From Botryllus schlosseri (taxonomy: Eukaryota), in contig CM119372.1 of the NCBI GenBank assembly GCA_051294905.1, forward strand, positions 30,506,001 through 30,566,000: a stretch of DNA of 60,000 nt, given 5' to 3'. This document shows positions 1-12,900 of this stretch, piece after piece; position 1 is the first letter of the stretch; every line of letters begins with the position of its first letter. A program made the translations under genes and the position numbers. Under the pieces are notes generated by a model. The model made no database searches. It was not told where the DNA came from and was given only the letters and a program-made list of their open reading frames with translations.

Positions 1-1209
1 TAATTACAAATTTGTCACGTGATCGAAGCTGTGTATGGTGCAATATCACTAGCTTTGGACTTGTCTACGGTATTACCCATTGCACAATACCGTAACGTTC
101 GCTCGCACACCCCATTATGCTGTCACGGTTCGCTCTCCTAACCCACACCCATTAACACCCATTATGCAATCAGCTGACACAATCATTGTCAATACAATGA
201 TGGTCACGCCCGTTATTGACATATATTGTCACCCATTGTCCCTATTGAAGCACTATTGATATAACTCTTTCGCGCGCTTTTCTCTGTTTGATTTGAAATT
301 CAAAAGTAGTCACGTGATCAAATGCTGCGATTTGATTGGAGCGGAGCTGGATGAGCACTTATATACTACTTTCAACAATTCATATCGTACACCCTGATGT
401 GGTGCTTCGTACCCCGATGGGGTCTTCGGACCCTGGTTAAGAACCCCTGGAATAGAAACGTCCAATAGTCGAATAATTCATTGGTGTTACAGCTGTAGTG
501 CGTAGGCCTGCTGCTACCGTACTCGCCACCGATAATAACATGGATAAAGAGAACAAACACCCAGAATGTAACCAACTATACGACACGGGGTCATAGAATG
601 CCAATGGTTGCCATACTGACCTGACTTCATAGTTATATACCCTAAGCAGCGCATGCTACGACCTTTTGATATATTATTAGGCTCCATGACAGTTTCATAG
701 ATTGTTACGTCCGTAGAATTAACAAGTCACAGTTCCGATTCGCAAGTCCTTGTCTGATTTTAACGTTTGACCCGACTCAACTCGAGTCATATTTATTAAA
801 TCACCCAGTCAATCCGAAATCGAGTAATTTTACGAGAAGGTCGCAACAAACCAAATCACAATCATCAGTGACGAATCATCAACGGGTCTTGTTCTATCAT
901 CATTAACTAAAAATATGATGTAATAGCTGATCTTCTCCCGCAGGGTAGCTTTTAAAAGTGATGTTATAGTGAAGTTTGTTAAAATTCTAGTGATTTTTAT
1001 AGTATTTTCAGATAGAACTTTTAGCTCTTACATCTAAAAAAGAGATACGACAATTGAATATATTGTTAAATACTTGAAATTCCTAAATGCCGTTGCGGGC
1101 CGCATAAAATGCTCTCGCGGGCCATGTGTTTGAGACCTATGCTGTAGTCTATACGTATTTGAAAGCCATTCATTTGAAAGCCTTGACACCTTGCCAAACT
1201 ATAACCTGA

Positions 1210-3570
1210 ATTCGAGCGTATCGGGTCCGTTGGACAGCTTGCGCCACTTGGATATCGCTGAAAATCGGTGTGCTGTTACGTTTAACTACAGGCTATAGGT
1301 ATTTGAAAACCATTCGTTGACACAGGTTATAGTTTGAAAATTTTCGAATATTTTTCGTGCATAAATTTGAATTTTCATGACTGTGCATTCGAGCGTATCG
1401 GGTCCGTTGGACACCTTGCGCCACTTGGATATCGCTGAAAATCGGTGTGCTGCTTGGCGTAACTGTAAGCTATAGATATTTGAAAGTCATTTCTTGACAC
1501 AGGTTATAGTTTGAAAATTTTCTAATATTTTTCGTGAATAAATTTGAATTTTTATCACTGAGCAGACGAACGTATCGGGCCCGCTGGACACCTTGCGCCA
1601 CTTGGATATCGCTGAAAATCGGTGTGCTGTTACGTTTAACTACAGGCTATAGGTATATGAAAACTATTCCTTGACACAGGTTATAGTTTGAAAATTTTCG
1701 AATATTTTTCGTGCATAAATTTGAATTTTTATGACTGTGCATTCGAGCGTATCGGGTCCGTTGGACAGCTTGCGCCACTTGGATATCGCTGAAAATCGGT
1801 GTGCTGTTACGTTTAACTACAGGCTACAGGTATTTGAAAACCATTCCTTGACACAGGGTATAGTTTGGCAAATTTCGAATATTTTTCGTGCATAAATTTG
1901 AATTTTTATGACTGTGCATTCGAGCGTATCGGGTCCGTTGGACACCTTGCGCCACTTGGATATCGCTGAAAATCGGTGTGCTGCTTGGCGTAACTGTAAG
2001 CTATAGATATTTGAAAGTCATTTCTTGACACAGGTTATAGTTTGAAAATTTTCCAATATTTTTCGTGAATAAATTTGAATTTTTATCACTGAGCAGACGA
2101 ACGTATCGGGCCCGCTGGACACCTTGCGCCACTTGGATATCGCTGAAAATCGGTGTGCTGTTACGTTCAACAACAGGCTATAGGTATATGAAAACTATTC
2201 CTTGACACAGGTTATAGTTTGAAAATTTTCGAATATTTTTCGTGCATAAATTTGAATTTTCATGACTGTGCATTCGAGCGTATCGGGTCCGTTGGACACC
2301 TTGCGCCACTTGGATATCGCTGAAAATCGGTGTGCTGTTACGTTTAACTACAGGCTATAGGTATTTGAAAACCATTCCTTGACACAGGGTATAGTTTGGC
2401 AAATTTCGAATATTTTTCGTGCATAAATTTGAATTTTTATGACTGTGCATTCGAGCGTATCGGGTCCGTTGGACACCTTGCGCCACTTGGATATCGCTGA
2501 AAATCGGTGTGCTGCTTGGCGTAACTGTAAGCTATAGATATTTGAAAGTCATTTCTTGACACAGGTTATAGTTTGAAAATTTTCTAATATTTTTCGTGAA
2601 TAAATTTGAATTTTTATCACTGAGCAGACGAACGTATCGGGCCCGCTGGACACCTTGCGCCACTTGAATATCGCTGAAAATCGGTGTGCTGTTACGTTTA
2701 ACTACAGGCTATAGGTATATGAAAACTATTCCTTGACACAGGTTATAGTTTGAAAATTTTCGAATATTTTTCGTGCATAAATTTGAATTTTTATGACTGT
2801 GCATTCGAGCGTATCGGGTCCGTTGGACAGCTTGCGCCACTTGGATATCGCTGAAAATCGGTGTGCTGTTACGTTTAACTACAGGCTATAGGTATTTGAA
2901 AACCATTCCTTGACACAGGGTATAGTTTGGCAAATTTCGAATATTTTTCGTGCATAAATTTGAATTTTTATGACTGTGCATTCGAGCGTATCGGGTCCGT
3001 TGGACACCTTGCGCCACTTGGATATCGCTGAAAATCGGTGTGCTGCTTGGCGTAACTGTAAGCTATAGATATTTGAAAGTCATTTCTTGACACAGGTTAT
3101 AGTTTGAAAATTTTCTAATATTTTTCGTGAATAAATTTGAATTTTTATCACTGAGCAGACGAACGTATCGGGCCCGCTGGACACCTTGCGCCACTTGGAT
3201 ATCGCTGAAAATCGGTGTGCTGTTACGTTTAACTACAGGCTATAGGTATATGAAAACTATTCCTTGACACAGGTTATAGTTTGAAAATTTTCGAATATTT
3301 TTCGTGCATAAATTTGAATTTTTATGACTGTGCATTCGAGCGTATCGGGTCCGTTGGACAGCTTGCGCCACTTGGATATCGCTGAAAATCGGTGTGCTGT
3401 TACGTTTAACTACAGGCTATAGGTATTTGAAAACCATTCCTTGACACAGGGTATAGTTTGGCAAATTTCGAATATTTTTCGTGCATAAATTTGAATTTTC
3501 ATGACTGTGCATTCGAGCGTATCGGGTCCGTTGGACACCTTGCGCCACTTGGATATCGCTGAAAATTGGT
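1210..3570. repeat. 177-bp tandem satellite, about 13 monomers, with a 3-monomer (531-bp) higher-order repeat
   Basis: GATATCGCTGAAAATCGG recurs every 177 bp (1251, 1428, ...). The variant monomer TGCTTGGCGTAACTGTAAG occurs at 1451, 1982, 2513 and 3044, exactly 531 bp apart. Confidence 0.95.
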
Positions 3571-4667
3571 GTCGAATATTTTTCGTGATAAATTTGAATG
3601 CGCCACTTGGAGATAGTTGACAATTTGTGTGGTGTCAGATTTGCCTGCAAACTATACATATGTGAACGCCATTCATTGCCACAGTCTCTAGTTTGGAGAA
3701 GATGGACTCGATTCTAAGTTTAGTGACTGTTTAGTTGAGCGTATCATATAGTTTAGAGACATTTGAGGTACGGCGTTTAGCGTGTCGGAGCAATATTTGT
3801 TTTGTCAAATCCAGATTTTGTGTGCTAAAACTACATTTTGCGAAATTTCGTTTGCAGCAGAGCGATACCTTGCAGCTGTGAAAATTTCATGATGGAGATA
3901 GTCATTCGCGAGATAGCTGTGTTGAGTTAACAGTGTTGAGGTGCTAGTCGAGCTTATATTCTTTATTAGTTGTTTCACAAATGACGTGATGCGATAAAAT
4001 CAGTCGAGTATTTATACGCTTTATTGATTTGAAGGCAATTTAATGAGTATTTCACCGTAACCTACGTCGAAACATCGTGTGTGGCCGATGGCTGCCCCGC
4101 GGCATGGCCGGAAACTTGATCCTGGTGATATATCCGATACCTGCGGTATTCTACACAGTAGTTCTGATATTTATTTTTGATGGCTAGAATTTGATGGCTA
4201 ACTTCGTCCCGGTCACTGGAATCTGTATGCGTACGCGGGCTGACTTCTGCTTTATCTTGCTTTTGTCGGCAATTAAACTAGCAGTGAATAAAGGTCTGCA
4301 ATAGTGCATAGTCATAACCGAAATTGACGCGGAAACATTTTATCACATCCTTTGATAATCTGCAATTTTGAAGTTGTTATTGATGTTGTTTGTAATGACT
4401 TTGAAAGTATAGTCAATAGTCATTGATGTGTTAAGTAACTCAAAAACCAATCCAAATTATAAGCGTGCTCATCACATGGTATATAATGTATTGATAAGAT
4501 GAGCATGTATCAGCAATTAAGTAAACTGGTTTAGTGGTTTGCACAACGCATCAATTTGATATACTCTGGGATTGCATCTCAGACTAGGACAGGTCATGAT
4601 TGGGTTTCGTTGGGAGCACAGTTGTTGATCACGTGAAACAGCAATCGTTGGGCATGCTCATGGGGAC

Positions 4668-4884
4668 CAGACATGGGGTAATCGTGATTAGTAATCGTAA
4701 TCGATTACGACGATTACAGCATTTCCAAGTAATCGTAATCGCAATCGATTACATTCGAAAAAAATCCGAAGTAATCGTAATCGTAATCGACTACTCGCGG
4801 ATTTTGCTGTAATCGTAATCGCGTGATTCATAAGTAATCGTAATCGCAATCGATTACATTCATGAAGTAATCACCCCATGTCTG
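4668..4884. mobile_element. hAT-type MITE rich in GTAATC/GATTAC repeats
   Basis: TIR CAGACATGGGGT...ACCCCATGTCTG; 8-bp TSD ATGGGGAC at 4660-4667 and 4885-4892. A partial inverted copy is at ~32705-32835. Confidence 0.9.
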
Positions 4885-5110
4885 ATGGGGACCACTCACA
4901 CTCACTAACCGGTGGTCGTCACATCACTCAGTGAGCACTTCTTGATGTGGCCAACAAGGTAAACCAGACCCGATTTTGCAAAAACTGATGTGATTGATAG
5001 ATACCTGTCACAACAGTCGACTTTAATCGCCTAAAATGAAACTTTACTTATATAGGTCTGCAGATTAATAATATTGACTATGACTGCACGGTGACTTGAA
5101 ATCAGAATAT

Positions 5111-7754
5111 ATGGAGGACACAATGCGGAAGCGCCGATCCTATCAGAGACGTTGGGTGAAGGCTAAGCGTTTGAAGCTCAAACAAGGCACATTTTCAACA
5201 TCTGATAATACTGATAGCCACGAAGAAGAATCTTCATTCGCAGACAGCATGGAAGGTAGCTCAAGTGTGATCGCTGCGGTTCCGGTACTGGAATCTGAAG
5301 AATCATTGGGTATTGGGTATATGCAGGTACTATAGTTGAAGGAAACTTGGAATATGATGTTCGTGATGCTGTCGGACAAATGCAAGATGCCATTGGACAA
5401 ATGCAAGATGGCATTGGACAAATGCAAGCCACTTTGTCCAGTCTGAAGCCTATCATAATGGAAATAAGCCACAGTGTCAAAGGCAGAAGAAACAGCAAGA
5501 AGCCATCAGATTTGATTGTGCAAGATATAATCCCAGTAACCATGACTACTAATGAGGATTTGAAAGCATTTGATAAGAAATTACAACAAAATAAAGAATT
5601 CGCAAGCGATGCGGTATGTTGAGCTCATGATTTTATTGTATAAATTATGGAAGTAGAAGAACTTGATCGTATTGCTTGAAGTACCAATATGATTGTGTTA
5701 TTTCATTCACCGAGAATCAGCTGCCCATACAGATTCATTTTTTATTTGTATAGTTCACGCAACATGCTTGGATAAACCATTAAACATGGTGACTGGCGAC
5801 TGAACTTGTGGTGTTTTTATATGATAAAAACATTAATTAATCAGCATAAAGATGTGAGCCTGCCTCCACATGAAAGTTAAGCAACCATAAAACTTCCTGT
5901 GTTTAAAAATTAAATTAGAATTAGAGTTGTTCTTACAGTTTATGTCAAATCATGCTATGATTAGATTTGCAGCTACAGTTTTTTTCCAAATGATGTTAGA
6001 ATTATATGGTATTAGATTATAATTAAAATTACTGAATTTGCGAAAACTTTGCAATTACATTGGAAGTTTTATTAGGACCGGTATGGGCAAGTGGTTGTAA
6101 ACTACTGACACTACTGACGTATTGTGAATTATTCATTTGGCAGCGTAAGTGAATAAATTTGTTATTTATTTTTCATTGAAATATGCATGTGGAATTTTGG
6201 ATTTTACGCAGTGCTTCTATATATCTTTATTCTTAATCTAAGAAGATTGTGAAGATCTTTACCAGGATTATAGGGTCTAGGATAGTTAACTAAATCTGTT
6301 TTCATATTTTGATTTCAGATAATTGGATTCAGCTCAGTCGGAGGCGACAATATAGGGCAAACTGTTCGATTCATCTTGAAAAAGGTCGCCAGCGCTGGAG
6401 TATGGAGTTGCTACAGCCGCGTTGGCAAAAATGCAAAAGAGGCTTTCAGCAACTTGGCTTTGGACAAGATCATATATAGTGAGGAGCATTTATGATAATC
6501 CGAGAACATGTCATTGTTCGACCTTTGTTTTATACGCCCATGTCCCTAATGAGGCTGGATCAGTGGTTTCCAACCGGGGGAATTCCCCACTATGTGAAGA
6601 GGGAATCTGGCTTTAGCCAGTGCAGGCATTATAATTTTATAAACGGAGCAGTCATGAGAAATATGCAGCATTTGAAATATCTTGTTCCATGCTTTGTGTT
6701 TACCATAGAATGGAGGGTGAATCACGAAGTCTATAACACGCCACTAGGAAACATGCTGAGTAGAAACGACTGGGGACAACTGTGCTAGATATACTGAGCA
6801 TTTTAACTGAACTTGAATATGATTTTTGTTTGTTATTTTATCAAAAATGTTTCATGAAGTTGAATGACTGCCAAACCAAATGTTAATGATAATACCTTTA
6901 GGAGCTTGCAAAAAGATCCATGGCAGGAGTTTCTCTGAAAAAGATTACATTCGTGTAGTGGGTGAGGCACTGCGGCATTTTCCCAGCCAAAAAGGGGGAT
7001 CTCGATGGAAGGTTTGATTTCAATTTATGCTCTTGACATCATCAATCGACTGCTGTAATTAAACACTTTTATATATTTATAAAGCTATGCCTGGTACTCG
7101 GATGCCCTTTCTCTCAATCAGTTAGCTGCCAAATAACTGATTTATTTGGATTATTGAATTGATCATTTTTGACAGAATGTGAAGAAATTTTAGTCAAAAA
7201 TTCTTTTTTGTGTTAGTGGCTGTTTTCAAAGATTGCTGAAGTAGTCATCGTTGATCTTGATAAACAAGTAGAAGTGGCGATTGAAGTCAGTTCTCTAGTC
7301 AAGAATTATTTTTGTGTTAGTGGCTGTTTTCAAAGAGTGCTGAAGTAGTCATCGTTGATCTTGATAATCAAGTAGAAGTGGCGATTGAAGTCAGTTCTCT
7401 AGTCAAGAATTCTTTTTGTGTTAGTGGCTGTTTTCAAAGAGTGCTGAAGTAGTCATCGTTGATCTTGATAATCAAGTAGAAGTGACGATTGAAGTCAGTT
7501 CTCTAGTCATATAATATTAAAAAATATAATAATAAAACTTGAAAACTTGAGTGGAAATAGTTCAGAATCGAATCCATTTTAGTAAGTATGGGCGAAAAAA
7601 ATGTAGGAGTCATTCGTTAGTCGCTACCTCTGCCATTTTCGCAGTACGAATGTCTTAGCTATTAATCACCATTTTCATTTTATTTCTGCAGGGTGTTGAA
7701 AAGAAAAGGCCGCATGCTGGTTATTTAACTGGCTCATCAGAAGATGAAACCTGA
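5111..7754 (+). CDS. Spliced gene for a DUF4806/BEN-like domain protein with a short coiled coil, probably transposon-associated
   Basis: Phase-consistent GT-AG exons: ~5336-5613, 6319-6478 (IIGFSSVGGDNIGQTVRFILKKVASAGVWSCYSRVGKNAKEAFSNLALDKIIY), 6902-7011 (ACKKIHGRSFSEKDYIRVVGEALRHFPSQKGGSRWK) and 7692-7754 (GVEKKRPHAGYLTGSSEDET*). The 5' exon (5111-~5255) is tentative. The domain call rests on motif recognition (GG..VR.IL...YS..G...K..F..L), not a search. Confidence 0.65.
7190..7510. repeat. 104-bp tandem repeat, 3 copies (intronic)
   Basis: TGTTAGTGGCTGTTTTCAAAG at 7211, 7315 and 7419. Confidence 0.9.
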
Positions 7755-8495
7755 TGATAAGGACTGTTTTCACTTTCTTTCTAAAGGCATTCGTTCGTTT
7801 GTTCGTTTTATTTTTTACAATGGCATTATTGCCAATTCGTTTGAAATTAAATTATCACAAATGTGATTAATATGTAGTAAATAATGTGGTGTGTGTACGC
7901 AGCCATGATCAGGTTAAGCCCATAGTGGTAGAAAACAGGTTATTATATCAGGATCTTCTTCTTCTAACATAGGATCTACATTCTACTCACCATGTTTAAA
8001 GGCTGTAGCATCTGCATAATATTTACATTATTGAAGGACATGGAAAAGACGTTGAATTGAGTCGACACAAAATCCCCCTTTCAACGACCTGCCGAGATCT
8101 AATATCTACTATATCGGCTCGGCTTATCTACATCTTTGGTCTGTACTGTGTTTACTGGGATGAAAATATCAAATCGCGCGAAGCGCAAAATATTTTTGAA
8201 TAAGTCGCATGAATTTCTAAAAAACTACTCTATCATTCATGTTAATTCACGAAATAATTTTGGGCTTCCTTCGGTTTCGGGCCCCCAACCCCAATAGGGG
8301 GGTTTGGGGTGCGGTAGTTACGATCCCGACTCCAATAAAGGTATTTTAACGCGCCATCGCCCCCCTATCGCCCCCTTCGTTGTTTTCGCCCCTTCGTCCG
8401 TTTTCGCCCCCCTATCGCCCCCTTCGTTATTTTCACCCCCCTAGACCACCAAATCGCCCTCTGGGGGGCGATATTGCCCACGTTGGGAGCCACTG

Positions 8496-8627
8496 GCCTA
8501 AACGAAATAGAAAAGAGGCATGCATACTGAATGAAAAGTAAAGTAGAGGATATAAAAGCAAGCGAAAAAAGGATGTGGCGGAAGGCGATATCGATATCGT
8601 GGTTCGGTAATCCAGAATGCTGACTAG
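8496..8627 (-). mobile_element. 3' UTR fragment of the CR1/L2-clade LINE family also seen at 9643, 34455 and 47810
   Basis: Reverse complement of the GATTACCG(G/A)ACCACGA...TTTCATTCAGT(G/A)TGCATGCCTC segment. Confidence 0.7.
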
Positions 8628-9642
8628 ATCGGGGCTCTTCAACAAGGTCTATCGTACACCTTGGGGTGTACCAAATCTTAAAAGGGTGTACCACTCAGAT
8701 GAGGTGTGCAGGGGTGTACCAGATCCGCATTAAAATATACCAATGATTAGGTATCACAGTAGACATGCAAGTTTATGCTTAAGAACATGTTGACCGGTGC
8801 GACATCAGGTAGTAGCCGTCCGTTAGTCTGCGATAGTATACGGCAAGTCCGTGGTCAACGGAAATCAGCTTACAGTTTATACTTAACTGGCACTTCCGCA
8901 GTAGCTGACACGAACGTCCTGTGTTCTATGTAGTTCTTGACTAGCAGTTCAATAGACGACAATATTGCCTTTTCCAGATATATTGTACGGATGGTTTGTA
9001 ATTCGGATAGTTTAAGCACTAAGTACAGCGTACATGAGTCTCGTTTATAATCTAAGTCAATTATACGATATGCGCTAAGTCATATACCAGCGATAAGTCA
9101 CGTGATATAGCATTATACCATAACAGATAGGAGAGAGAAGGGGCAAGAGCTCCACACCGGGTACGCAATCGTACAGTATATCAGCACAGCGTAGCTTTGT
9201 AAGTAACATTTATTTTGTGATGTCCTAAGTATCATTTAAACCAGACCTGGGCAAAGTGCGGCCCGCGGGCCAAATGCGGCCCGCGAAGCCATTCTGTGCG
9301 GCCCGCGAAAGGTTGCTTGGAATTCAAAACTTAAAACTTGCTTTTTGAATGACTAAAACGATATAGGCTGTATCAAATGAACAGGAAACTCGTTTACTTT
9401 GGAGCCTGTTCATTAATATGCCACGATTACGCTGCCTACCCACCTCGCATGCGTAATCTAGATTCAAAGTAAAGGCAATGTGGCAATTGAAGTCACAAGA
9501 AATCACTCCATGTAGTTTAGTTCAAACCTTCTTTGGTGCCATTGCCACTGTGACAATGTCACATTACGCATTGTACGGCATGTGTTTCAAATTGCTACGT
9601 GATACGTTTCCAAATCCCCAATTCGTAAAGCAAGTCAAACAG

Positions 9643-9995
9643 TGCCGGCCATCCGGCAGTCGACGAGCATGTCCACATTCAAGTCGAAATACAAGCAATT
9701 ACTACTAAATAAATACAGTCCATCCTCAAGATTACCGGACCACGACTGACCTATCGATCTCGCTTCCCATGACATGCCGCCCTATTTCTTGTCGCTTCCT
9801 TTTTCTACACTATCTTTCTTACTTTCATTCAGTGTGCATGCCTCCTCTTTACATCGCCTAGGCCAAGGTGGGAGTTTGATTCCATAGACAACTCCTAGTC
9901 GCTTCGACATCTTCCTTTCTTTTCATTGTATCGCATTTTTTGTGGCGTATTGAACTGATAAAATTGCTAATAAACCAATGATGATGATGATGATG
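9643..9995 (+). mobile_element. 5'-truncated LINE 3' end (CR1/L2 clade) with a (GAT)n tail
   Basis: Encodes an ORF2 C-terminus (PAIRQSTSMSTFKSKYKQLLLNK) and ends AATAAACC...(TGA)n. Homologous to 47810-50432. Confidence 0.8.
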
Positions 9996-12900
9996 CTCGC
10001 GATTACTATATGACTCATCATATCTATCACCCATGAATTATTAGCGGGCATGCAAAAAAAGCCGAAAAAGGTTTACGTATAGACTAGAGCAGTGCTCTTC
10101 AACCTTTTTCGACGTGGTACACCCTTTTAACGTTTGCTCAAAACTCGTACACCCCTGTTCATTAGGGGTCTTCAAAAATGACTATTTTTCTCAAATCGTA
10201 CTGGCTACTTGATAAAATTGTTAGGCTACCTAACTTAAGCCTACACACCAAATTTGGTTCAATTCCAACTAGTAGTATAGTAGATCGGTCGTGACGGGCT
10301 ATGGGGCTCTTATGGGCGGGGTCGCATGCTAACGCGAAACCGGGGGTGGCATGCTAACGTTTTCGTCTTATGGCGGGGGTGGCATGCTAACGTTTTCGTC
10401 TTATGGCGGGGGTGACATGCTAACGTTTTCGTCTTATGGGTGCGGTCGCATGATAACGCGAAACTCGTGGTGGCATGCTAATGTTTTTAGGTATACGTGC
10501 GGCGACATGCTAACGACGATAAATGTGTCTGTCATGTATTCTTACGGGATCTGTGGCGACTCGCCATGTGTTCTTGCGGTCGTGATTCGTACTTTCAGGC
10601 ATCTCTCGCGCGGTGTTGAATATGTACGAGTCACCAACAATAACCGCGCGGACGGAAACGTGGTTTGTTGTGAGGATTAAGCAGTGCGTGCGACCTATAT
10701 TTCGAATGACCTGTGCGCTGAATTGTTTCACGGCCAACCGCGGTGATCGCGACTCGCCTTTTTTACTATAGGTGGTGACGGTGATTCGCCTGTCGTGTAT
10801 TCTTACGGGGTCTGTGGTGACTCGCCATGTGTTCTTATGGGTGCGGTCGCATGCGGCTATTGCGGGGGTGGTGAGCGGCTATTGATGCTAACACGAAACC
10901 CGGGGTGGCGAGCGGCACTTATTTCTTATGGCGGCGGGTCTTATTTCTTATGGGTGCGGTCGTGATTCGTACTTTCGGTATAGACTGCGGGCGGCATGTC
11001 GTACTTTCAGCAAAAAAGGTGTGAAATAGTTTGCCAAGTCTAGGAATCACTTGCAAGGTAATATTTTGGTATTTAGTTTACCACAGAGCCGGCGTAGACG
11101 GTGATTCGAATATCAACAATAACAACGCTCACGAATTAACACTTCAAATAGCTGTGAAATAGTTTGCAAAACCCCGCGATCGCTGACAAGATAATGTCTC
11201 GGTCATAACCATCTTTCACGACTTGGTGTCATAACCATACCGATCGCTCACGCGGTGAAATTTTAGTAATCAGTTTGTCACAGTACTTGATATCGCTGGT
11301 AAGATTTAACAAGTAACGAATAACAGACCGCGGTAACTTGAATAGCGACAAATTGTCACTTATTTCCGCTCTAACTCTAATCCTTTGTGAAGTGAACGCT
11401 TATTCAAAAGGGTGTGATATAATTTTAAAATCCAACGACCACTCACCGGATAATACTTCAGACATAGCAATTCCTCATACCCGCCTACAAGGTAATATTT
11501 CGGTAATTAGTTTGTCACAGAACCGTCGCAGGCGGTGATTGGAAAACCGACAATTTGTCACTCGCCCGCGATCGCTATATGTTTCACGCCTCCAGAATAG
11601 TGGCTGACTTTAGTTGCGTGATAAGATCCATGAAAATATTCAATCAATGTGTTAGTTTATCAACTTGAAATGAAACTCACTACACAAATCAAGTCGATTC
11701 GTATCTGAATGTTTTAAATCGGTACAACTTTAATCCTTTGACAAATCCCTTACCGCGTTTTTGTTGAATCGAACGTAACCCGAATATTACTGACGCCGAC
11801 TTTCAGCCGCATCGAATTATTCGCACATTCCGCACCACTGTTTTCACACTTATAGAATCAATACCAACTATAACTCTACAAGAATCAAGAATCACAAGTA
11901 TGTGCATTACACAGTTATTGTCTTTATTAACTTGAAATCAAACACTTAACAAAAACACACAACTAATCATTTGGCAACTGTGGCATTACCAAAAAATTCC
12001 AGTATTGTTGATTGAAAATCCTTGAGTCATTATTATCAAAAATGTTATAGTACCGCATCGGAGTCCATTCGCGGGATGTACTAAAGTTAAATCCAGATAA
12101 TCCAAAATGAAATATTTGGACTTTGACATAGTCTGAATTGAAATATATTGACAAACATGACTACCAACTTTGATCCAGTCACATTTCAAGATCATACTTT
12201 GAAACAATCGTTGAAACTTACAACTCTATTCACGACTGAGTTTTCCGTTTATCAAATAGAGTTTCAGTAAATACTATCGCGATATTTTAATGTGTTACTA
12301 CACACAATAGAATCAATCAACGAAATAGCACCTGTTGTAAATATTTCTAACTTGACAACCACTTGTGCGTACCGCGATCGACTTGCGACGCGATGAGTTA
12401 AATCGGAATATTTCAATCTATTTGTCGAAACCTTGAACAAACTATCAGGTTATTTTTTGTTGTAATCGAGTGAACGGAAATAGTATTACGTCTCAACATT
12501 TTAGCATCTTCCCATAAACAAAAGAGTAAAATACAAAAAACCTTGTCAAGTCAATCCGTTTGTAACTTACCCAACCAAAGCAAAAAGTATCCTTATGAAA
12601 AGTAGACAAGACTACGCCAGTAATCACTACAATCCAAAATCCATAACAAGCTCGGTTGTATTCATATCCCTACGACGCGTCTTTTGTTTTTCAACTGTAA
12701 AAGTCGTTACTATTTTGCAAGACAAAGTAATTACTACTTGATATATTTTATAAACCAAAGTAAATACTACTCGGTGTGTGGTTTGAGATTAACATATTAC
12801 ATTTGAGTATACCGGATTTGAATGCCTGACCAACGTAGTTGAGAATTCATTTCTTACAATCAAACGCCGGTTTTACATTGAAAGGTATCATACTGTAAAC

